The notes under the pieces were generated by a model. That model did no database searches, was not told the DNA's origin, and worked only from the letters and a program-made list of their open reading frames with translations. DNA of 64,000 bases. Origin: Hydrolagus affinis (Eukaryota). Of the stretch, positions 54,231 through 64,000 are shown in pieces. The translations under genes were made by a program, and so were the position numbers. The DNA lies in assembly GCA_012026655.1 (NCBI GenBank), contig JAAILG010001183.1, forward strand, positions 1 through 64,000, given 5' to 3'. Positions within the stretch are counted from its first letter, which is position 1; every line of letters begins with the position of its first letter.

Positions 54231-55390
54231 TTTGGGTTTATATGAAACTGAAGAGCCAGGTAACGACAACATCCTGGATACCAGCAAGTTAATGTTACAT
54301 TACTTGTGTGGTGCTGGTAACGAGATGATGCAAAACTGTCGAATAAAATGAAACACTGTATTCTCAATCTAAAATCCTGGTACCATTCCTGTCAACAACA
54401 ACAACAAAATTACATTTGTATAGCGCCTTTCACGTCGGGGGGACGCCACAAGGTGCTGGCTGCTCTCAGAGGTGCAGATGCAATATTTGAGTGCATAATG
54501 TATGATTTTGAATGTTGTCTTTTAAAAAACAGAGGCAGTATACTTGCAGGATGATACAAACCAGAAGCAGAATTAAAATAAACCGAACAGGGCCAACATG
54601 TAAGAGCATAGAGGTCCTACTTCCAACAGAGGTCCTGCTATGCAAACATCAAGACATTCTCTCACAAAAACACCCAACAGCTCATAAAATAAACATGCAG
54701 GTGTGTTACCTAATAAGGTCAATCTGTCTTGCGATTTTGGCATGTTTCAAAATAAATTTTAGTGGAAGTCAAGCAATTTCCAGCAACTGAATATCTCCCC
54801 AACAAACTCCTATCATATGCTTGTTGGTTTCATTAAAGATTACTAATCTCTACATCTTCTATGGCACATGGAATACTGGAGCTTCCTGATAGTCATTAGC
54901 TCTATATATGATATAGTTTATACACATTTATTTCTACTTTAAATGGATCAGAAAATTATTTTTTATTGAATTCCATTGTATTTCATGCTGCAATGTGACC
55001 TTTAAGGTAGCTGGGAAAACGTAAAAAGGAAGGTAAAAAGGAATCGAATGTTGTAAAGATAACAAATGGAAACTCAAAAATGTTAAATATACAAAGATAT
55101 AAGTCAGCTGTCAAGTAACAACAAACACAACAGGAAAATCTAGGCCTAGTGTTATTTAACTAATAACATTAAATATTACCTAGCTAAAATATTGTCTTCA
55201 CATGATATGCACAAAATTATATTTTGAAAGGTAAAAATGTTAGAATAAAAGTTACTTGCTACAAACAAATACTTGAAGACAAATATCCTCATTTATGCCG
55301 ATCTATTTCATTGTACAGTAGCCTGAACCTGCTGAATTGAAATGAATTAAATTTGTTTTGTGTGCATTCACATTCAATATCTCCAAATCA

Positions 55391-55726
<336 letters not shown>

Positions 55727-56380
55727 TCACTTTATAAATGAGAGCTCTATGTTTCACTCTCAAACATGACTGTCAAATGCAATTTCTGCTAAATAAGCAA
55801 CTGTTGTGTTAAAGATAAATGTTCAATTGATATAAAAATGGGGCAGTTTGTGAAAGACACTGAAGCAACAAAATCTTACTTAAGAACTCCAAAAGGCTTT
55901 AAGGCATTCAAAAGAGAATGAAACATCAGAGAACAAAACACTAATGGAGCTTGTGAACTTACCAAGTCTTAGCAAAAGCAAAAAAAAACGACTGGCTACA
56001 AATTCTTGTTCACATTTACTACTTCCTGCATTTGGCTGTCTTTTTTTCCCTTGTCAAGCATTTCCTTGATTGTTCTGCTACAAATTCCTCAGAATGCAGT
56101 AGAGCTGTAAAACACACAGCTTTGCTTGTTCTGTACAGCATCCTCTGCGCAATAGTGGCACTCACACTGGGAAATACTTGCATTCAGCTGAAATTTGAGA
56201 AACTGCTGGCTTGCTATGGCACAGCAACATGCTCACATTACTCAGCCTTCCGCAAACTTAATGACTATTTGTAACGTTTTCCCTCACTATTATACCTTTA
56301 GAGTTCCGAATGGTGCAGCACGAGATGCATATGAAATTGATGCTAACTCTGTGTTGGTATCAGTTTGATCCAAATTGGAT

Positions 56381-57060
56381 CAACAATAGCAAAATTACAT
56401 TTGTAGAGCGTCTTTCATATCGGGAGGACGTCTCAAGGCACTGAAGAGTTAGGAGTCAGGACTCGAGCACTGGGGGGGTGGGGGGGGGGGGGAAATTTGT
56501 GGCAGGGTTGGGATGAAGGAGGGCAGAGAAGTAGGATGGCGGTTGAAAGCGCAGTTGAAAAAGAGGGTCTTGAGTCTGGCCTTGAAGGAGGTGAGTGAGG
56601 GAACAAGGTGAAGAGATTGTGGGATAGAGTTCCAAAGCGTGGGGGCAGAGAGGCTGAAAGCTTGGCCACCGATGGTAGGGTAGGTCAGACAGGAGACATG
56701 GAGCAGGCCGGAGCCTGTTGAATGGAGGGAGTGGCCAGGTTGATAGGGGGTCAGAGAGGTAGGAAGGGACCAGGCCATGGAGGACGTTGAAGGTGAGGAT
56801 GGGAATCTTGAATTCGATCCTCGGATGGATGGGGGGAGTCAGTGGAGTTGAGCGAGGGTGAGGGTGATGGGGTTGCAGAGCCTGGTGTGGGAGAGGATAC
56901 GAGCTGCAGAGTTTGGATGATGTGCTGCTTGTGGAGGGAAGAGTTGGGGAGACCGAAGAGTCGTTGTCAAGCCTTGAGGTGACAAATGTGTGCGTAAGGG
57001 TTTCAGCAGCCTGAAGGGTGAGGCAGTGACGGAGATCGGCGATGTTGTGGAGGTGGTAGA
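56381..57060 (-). mobile_element. L2 LINE 3' fragment
   Basis: ORF 56449..56778: GGQAFSLSAPTLWNSIPQSL.....LTSFKARLKTLFF. Confidence 0.87.
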
Positions 57061-58485
57061 GAAAAGCCTGTTCAGGATAGGTTCCTGACTGGCTTGGTTA
57101 GGTGGTTCAAGTTGAATATTGTGCCCAAATCAAGAAACTGCAGGAGTTGTCAAGAATTTCTCACCAATGAAGTATAAACTTCTGTTTGTAAACAGGGGGA
57201 AATGTTAAGCAAAAACTGTAGTAGAAATTTAAGCAATAATGTTACTCATTGGGAGTTCTAAAATGTGAAAATCATATTAGGTTTTATATGATCTGTGCAC
57301 ATCTAAAACACTCCAAATGGTTAACAATGCAAAAATTACATTGGAAATAAGTGATTTTTTCTGTTCCCACTCCCATTGTTATGGTTGTGGCTTAGACTAT
57401 TCTAAGGACATTCTATAATCATATTTCCACTTATCCTCCAGAACAGGATGATACAGGGTTTTTATGTGGATAATCGTATTAAAAGAAAATAATTTCCACT
57501 TGATGTCTGGGTTCTAGTCTGGAAAATTTATATGTAATACCTTAATATTGATGACTAAATTTGCTCATTTTCTTCCACTTCAAAAATAAGCTTACATGAC
57601 AAATGGCCAGTTTTGTTTAAGGGTAAATGTCATTCTAACCTTAAAATCAGATAACCATAGTGGAAACACAAATGCATTTGACGAGTCAAAATCAAGCAGA
57701 TATTATGGAGAGACATTTTTTTCTAAGCATGCTTGAATACAGCATCTTGTTTAGGGTTGTATTCTTGCGCTTGTCTGCTTCCCCACACTTAACAGACATT
57801 TTGTCACCTCGAGTTCATTAGGGAAGCATTTTTTTACGATTTTTCTCCATGTAAGCAGTTCAAGTTACATCTAATTAGATGGCAATAATAAGCTCAACAT
57901 ATGCTGCAAGTAAACATATACACAATTATTCAGTGCAAACTTCAACCACACACACATCAGAAAATAAAGCAGTGGAAAATACATTCGATGTAGGGAAACA
58001 TGCAAAATGCTTCTCTGGAATTTATGTACTCAGATGCGAACACAAAAGCTCCTATTTTCATGTATATGTATGTTGCTTTCTATTAATCTGCCACAACTCA
58101 GGATGCTTGTACTGAACCGAATACTGGGCCATTGTTGTTCTACTATCTTGCTGCTGTTGTCTTGAGTGACAAAGCACCAAAATTACATTTTCTCGTTATT
58201 ATTTCCAGACACACTCTGAAAATGGTTTGTAGACTCTAATAAAGCTTCAGTTTCAGACAAAGCTGTCAGCAAAGGAAATGGCAGAAGGAGACCACAGAAT
58301 AACCCCAGTAACAATAAATGAATCTACAGTCACAGTGGTAGGTTATGTGTCTCCTGATAAAATTTAATGGGATAGCTTCAGTATCCATCACAGTTCTGCA
58401 GCTGAATTCCAGTAGATAAATGCAAACTATCAAGTCAAACCTTGATACACAAACCTATAAGGAGGAATCAAAGGCCCCAACCCAC

Positions 58486-58601
58486 CTGCTACAGTGTTCA
58501 GAAACATCAAGTATTCAAAGTTTGAAATCTCCCGGCGTTGCCAGCGTTGGGTCATATTGGAGGATTTAAAAAGCTGGCGAGAACTGGCCAGTGATATTCT
58601 C
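58486..58601 (-). CDS. NBEA: Neurobeachin exon, linker and start of BEACH ([39 protein letters not shown])
   Basis: ttgcaattag| acceptor, G|gtgggt donor; 116 nt; BEACH signature [16 protein letters not shown]. Confidence 0.95.
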
Positions 58602-60227
58602 CTAATTGCAAAGAAAATGGGACAAACTGTAAATCACAGAACATATCTAATTTCATGCACAGTTTCAGCTTCATAAAGGAGAGAATGTTTAATTCTACTG
58701 GACACATCTTTTTTGCAAGCGAAATCAATTTGCAACAGACAGTCTTGTATCTTCTCCATTAACTCAGCAGTTATGTCTTGGTAACACCACGAGAAGAGGT
58801 AGACAGAGGTGCAGAAGTTACCTGATTTTGATTAATATTTTTAATAATAACTGGACTTACCTGTTGACTGGTATACATGCCTCATTTCCCCCTTCATAGT
58901 TTCTGAATACAGTGAAACTCCAACATAATCAAAGAATTTGTAATACAATAAATGCCTGGTTTAAATATGGGAATCTGAAACGGAAAATTATAAAATCATT
59001 TGCGTGGACGCGCATGTAGAGTTCTGAGTCTCTCTGCGCACACCCTCACTGTACTTGCTGGCTCTCAGGGAGATCAATTTGATTTCCGTGAGCAGAAGAT
59101 AGGTTAAGTACTATCATTGCTTGGTACAATTACAAAGCATTTACCGGCACTGAAAAAAGCCAGTACCGAAAAAAGCCTGTAAACACCAGAACAAGCATCG
59201 TAATTACACTGTACCAGAAATTCCAGAGATGCGCTGGACGGACCGCATCTCCCCTCGACTGGTCCAGTTGTCCGGTTTTTAGTTTATTGCTGTTACAACT
59301 GAAACTGTCTGTTATGTGGTTTGGATTTGACATGGTACATGTGATTAACAAGAAGTTTTGACACATTAGATGTGAAATAATTTGGGGACATTTTGAAGAA
59401 ATAATTGACCTGTTTGTACACTTTAACAGGTTTAAGAACGTGTGGATTTTTGCAGTGAGATCACACAATTATATTATTTGTTTAAAAAAAAAGCTATGCA
59501 GATCGTGCAAATGCCATTCTTGCTATTTAATACGTAAACATTTTATTGTTCAGCATATCCAGTCTAATAACATATTTAACAAGTGCAGATGAGACACGAC
59601 CACAGAATTAATTGGCTGAAAACCTGCCTTATCTTTGTTAGAAATATACCCACCCTCTAGATGACTTAACTGGGCCACCATCAACAGAAGTCTTATACCC
59701 TGGAGTATCGCTTCCAAATCACATGAAGAGTCAACATGATGGGTACAGCTATTTATAATTTTAACACTTTTATGTGTATATGTTTGTTTGAGGTCAAATC
59801 AAGTATAACAGCATTTAAACTGCACACAACTGATTCCATTCCCCCATTCAGAAACGGAACTATACTCAGCAAATCTTGATTTATTCTGCGTTTTTAGCAC
59901 AGCATCAGTATCAAAATTATTTTAAAGCAATATTAAAAGTATATGAACAGGGTATTATTAACAAATATAAGAGGTTTGCCTACTGTATGATTGATTAACT
60001 CAAAATTTACAAATTAGTCAACATAGTAATCAATAATATGCCATTTCTTGTTGCATCAATTTCATGGAAATTGAGTTGACTCGAACTGCACCATACAACT
60101 ATCTGGTTCAAATTGATGACAAATAGATGAATCCGAATGTGTAATATGTACACATCAGTAAAAAAAAATTATCTTGCAAACCAATAATTCAGAATGGCAA
60201 AGCTCCTAAAATGTGATTGTCAGTTTG

Positions 60228-60470
60228 GATCAATTTGTATGTAGCATTCTCGCCTTTGGGCCAGAAGGTTCTAGGTTTTAAAAATTATACTAGGACAATG
60301 ATCTATGCTGACACTCCAGTGCAGCCCAGTGCAGCATGGAGGGAGAATTGCCTTGTTGGAGGTGCCGCCCTGCTGATTAAATATAAAACGAGAAGAGGTG
60401 TTAAGGATCCAGTGGTACACTTTCAAAGAAGAAAAATAAGTACTTCCAATGAACTAGTCAATATTTGTCC
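60228..60470 (+). mobile_element. DeuSINE-type old SINE
   Basis: gtagcattctcgcct...ccagaagg; gctgacactccagtgcag...ttgttggaggtgccg. Confidence 0.65.
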
Positions 60471-61524
60471 AATATTCAAATTTGTCAAAAGTGCCTGTGG
60501 GATACTCCCAGTACAGATTAGCTCCCATAATTATCTACATAACAACAATCATTAAACTACACCAACAACCTCAAAGTAATTCATTGTGTGAAACATAGCA
60601 TGGAATTTTCGATGCAATAATTTTCAATTGCATTATATCAAATGTAATTTTTGAAAAATCTATTAGGATAACAATCAAATGGTGGAAAATGATCAACAAA
60701 TAAAGGTTATATTTAAACTTTTGCAAATTTTCCTTTCCATTTTGTTTTGAGATGTAGAAACATTAACCTCTATAAGGGTTGGATAAAATGCATAGAAGCC
60801 TTATTTAGATTCCTGGCAGTAATATCATTCCACAGTAATAAGAACAAATATTATTTTACAAAATACAGTGGATAAGAATGCATGTAGGTTTGTTTATCTT
60901 CTCTCTTGTTTTCTTCCATGTTTAGGATTACAGTTTACACAGCATAAATGGCACAATTATTATGCAGGATAAACATGCTGTTTTGCTGTAGGCTTCACTG
61001 CACAGCGACTGCTGTTAAACAACCTGCACAGTTCTCATTTATCAGCCTCTCTCAAGGTGCGATCTGCAATCATTCTGTTTAGATTCTTCAGTTGTGATGA
61101 TGAACATGCAAAGTCAGCAATGCTATCACTTCCACAGCTAACCCTATGATCAACACAAATCTTTTCTTTTTACGTATATAGCACCTAAAAACGTAGCTTA
61201 TTCACTCTAGTGAAGTAATGCTTTTCTGGCCAATTCTTGCCTGGTCAAATTAACTGTGCCTTCATTTTGGGGTCAATAACTAGAAGCAAAATGTAAGCGT
61301 ATACTTGATATTCAGATGTGTTTGTGACTACTCCACAGAACTCCGTCTTTCAGAAGAATCATTGGCCTTTGTGAACATTCTACCACAGCCAAAGCAAAAC
61401 GGTGACTGATCCCTCAATAGTCAGTGCGAGGAACCTGTTAACTTGTTGCATCTAAAAATAGAGAGAAAAGCTAACTAGTGCAATTCTAACTTGCTTAACC
61501 TTAGGCCGAGCAGCCAAAGGCAAG

Positions 61525-61569
61525 GCTGCTGTCGGGGCATTCCCCCAATGGGAATGCCCCGACAGCAGC
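61525..61569. repeat. Perfect inverted repeat, 20-bp arms with 5-nt spacer
   Basis: GCTGCTGTCGGGGCATTCCC-ccaat-GGGAATGCCCCGACAGCAGC. Confidence 0.97.
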
Positions 61570-61602
61570 ATGGTTACAAGGCACTGAACGATGTATACTA
61601 AA

Positions 61603-61950
61603 GTCAAACAGCAAAAACCCGCAGGTTTAGTTCCCAGTTTACACTGAGGCTAGTTAACCTTAGCTCATGGAGCAATCGGGACACTACAATTGGTTTTAGT
61701 GTTCCTGGCTTGGGAGGGAAAAAAATATCCAATGTTCTTGCTCCTGATTGAGTGGAAAATGGAAGTGTATAAACATTAGGTGAGAACAGGATCTGACTCA
61801 GCTCTCCCGCTGAATAGCCTTCTGATGTTTGCTGTCTGGACTCATAAATGAGAAATGGCTCGTCGGGTGAGGTGCTGAACGGCTGTTGGCACATGTGACC
61901 TGCGGAATTGTATCCCAACACAAGTCAGCACCAGGAGCAGCGGTAAGGGG
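61603..61950 (+). mobile_element. Ancient SINE-like repeat (resembles a widespread chondrichthyan SINE, possibly UCON3-related)
   Basis: ctacaattgg...cctggcttgggagggaaaaaaa...cttgctcctgat...ggtgagaacaggatc; family assignment from memory only. Confidence 0.45.
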
Positions 61951-62459
61951 GAAAAAGTAGCGAAAACAACAGTTGAAATAAAATGTGTCCCAGCTTCTTT
62001 TTGAGTTCAGCACAATAAAAACTACAAGAAAACACTGCAAAGAATGCATTTTCAATACATCTGTTAAAACTATAAAGGTTAAAATCCTGCATAAAGGTTG
62101 CTAAATTTGTGCTACTGCTCTGCTGTTAACAGACTGTTCCACTGGTGATATCATGGGTTGAATGCCCCATACATTTCTCTTATACTATTAATCATTTGAT
62201 TCACATCAATACCCTGTGGAAAGGTTCACATAAACAGATGGAAAACAACATCATATTAATCCTATAATAAAAATAATCCTTACATTTGATACGCCTTTCA
62301 CATCAGGAGCATATCTCAAAGAGCTTCACAGGATTTACTTAGAAGTGCAGTGGATGCATTTGTAGGTACATTCAACAGCTAATTTGTGCATAGCAATCAA
62401 TATCCTAGACATGAACTGAATGTCCAATTTTATTAGGGAGACTGTTGAGCAGCCCCCCA

Positions 62460-62705
62460 ATAAAGCTCCCTTCGCTTTTCAGATACTGCCAGAAATCTTT
62501 AATGTCCACCTGAATAGGCAGATGGGACTTTGGTTTAACATCTCATTCAAAAGACTGCACCTCCAATAATGCATCATCCCCTTAACAGCGCAGCACACAT
62601 CCAGCAGTGCATTTGTGTGCCAGCCGAGATTATACATGTTCAAAGTCCCAACATGGATCTTGAACCAATGACCCTCTGACTCAGACACGAGAATGCGCTG
62701 TGCTG
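62460..62705 (-). mobile_element. DeuSINE-type (SacSINE1/AmnSINE1-like) old SINE
   Basis: tccacctgaataggcagatggg...ggtttaacatctcattcaaaagactgcacctcc...ctctgactcaga Deu-domain-like sequence. Confidence 0.78.
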
Positions 62706-63253
62706 ACACCATTGGCATATATTGACAATACAATGCAGCAGAAGCTATAACATTTGGGGTTTTAAAACATTTTGTAAAGAAGCAGTCTTGATGTACTAAA
62801 GAGTCTTTTCTTGTTCTTTGTGCTTCCTTATATTGTAATACACAACCAGTTGTCAAGGCTTAAAATGAACACTATTAGTTCAGGAACATCTCACAAAGCA
62901 ATCTCACATTTAGACTGTTGGTGTGGTCATTAAAATATTGCATAACAATGTTCGGTTTGCTTTCTTTCTTAAAGAAATAATATGCTAACACCAAACATAC
63001 AGTTTGAATGAATCTCAAGGAATTAATGCCTAAAAACAAGTGAAACATAATAATAAGCGTTGCAAGTGATACAACGTCTTAACCTTTTATATATTTTCTG
63101 GACAATGTTAGCACAAACCTGAGAATAGGCTTGTTGTAGGTCATTTTTTTGTTGTTGGTTAAAGTAATAGTTAGTTTAGGAGTACAATATTGAACAAAGT
63201 ATTTGAGCTGGATGCAAGGAAAAAGTAGACATAAAAATATTCATGCTCAGTAC

Positions 63254-63356
63254 CTAGCCTGTGGCAGCCCATAACTGGTACCAACTCCAACACGAGGTAA
63301 ACTGTACACAACCTTCTTCACTGTAGCCTGGTCTGGGAAATTGAACATGACAGAAG
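63254..63356 (-). CDS. NBEA: Neurobeachin exon, PH domain end ([35 protein letters not shown])
   Basis: tttttctgcag| acceptor, AG|gtactg donor; 103 nt; frame continuous with neighbouring exons. Confidence 0.95.
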
Positions 63357-63514
63357 CTGCAGAAAAATGAGAAACAGACTTTTTAAACAGGAAAGGTGGA
63401 TGCAAGAAGTAAGGTTTTGTCTAAGACTTCACTGTTTCAAAAATATTTTTAAGCAGCAGCTGGATTACAAAAGAACTCTTGCCATAAGAACATTAAATTT
63501 GCACCAGCACATAC

Positions 63515-63632
63515 TTCTGTTGGCCATGAAAACTTCCAGCGCCGTGTTCTGGAGGAGATAGCGTCTTGAAAACACGGCTCGGATCTCGCTGAACATCCAT
63601 TTACCGTGCAGACCCTCTGTGTAGGCAAGAAC
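63515..63632 (-). CDS. NBEA: Neurobeachin exon, PH domain ([39 protein letters not shown])
   Basis: Manual translation; ctttttag| acceptor, A|gtatgt donor; 118 nt, phase 0 to 1; matches recalled NBEA PH-domain sequence. Confidence 0.95.
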
Positions 63633-64000
63633 CTAAAAAGTGAGAATAATTAATTTTATTTAATGCAATTAAAATAAATAGGTTCAAGAATCTTTAGAGT
63701 TGATGATCAATCTAGGAGAATATCCTTTCTAGAAAGAAACAACAAATCTCAGAGTTTGGGCAAGAATCTTCTTTGCACCTCAAACTTTCCCACAAATTCT
63801 GAAGAAACTATAGGAAGCATGTTAGCACAAACAAACGTAAATCAACTATTTGATCTTCCTTCAAAATTATAACCAGAAATTTATATACTGTACTGTATAT
63901 ATTTTCAAAGAAACAGAATGAATGTATCCTTAATGAACAGTTTATCTAAGAACATATGGGTGGTAACATTGAATTGCTTTAATACTTTGGGAACACTGTC

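Noticed and set aside
59130-59285. CpG-containing patch with small hairpin GAGATGCG...CGCATCTC
   Set aside because: Probably a DNA-transposon remnant, but I could not define TIRs or a TSD, and an 8-bp stem is not significant.

Overview
AT-rich vertebrate genomic DNA, not prokaryotic. The repeat content suggests a cartilaginous fish, possibly a chimaera, but this is an inference. The whole window lies inside one minus-strand gene, neurobeachin (NBEA). I traced 12 constitutive-looking exons by hand (63632 down to 124). All have GT-AG boundaries and continuous reading frame, and they encode the end of the PH domain, the whole BEACH domain and the first WD40 repeats. There is also a 63-nt in-frame cassette exon (11485-11547) that the ORF track misses, and a tandem acceptor that adds or removes CFLPQ. 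The introns hold tRNA-derived SINEs, DeuSINE-type and other old SINEs, L2 and CR1 LINE fragments, and hAT-like and Tigger/pogo-like MITEs. They also contain several repeat-free, TAAT-rich blocks that are candidate conserved enhancers. I found no convincing novel gene system. The most notable observations are substitutions in normally conserved BEACH motifs, the alternative-splicing architecture near 11.1-11.6 kb, a perfect 20-bp GC-rich hairpin, and several unusual transposon or duplication structures. Comparisons to human NBEA are from memory and need an alignment.
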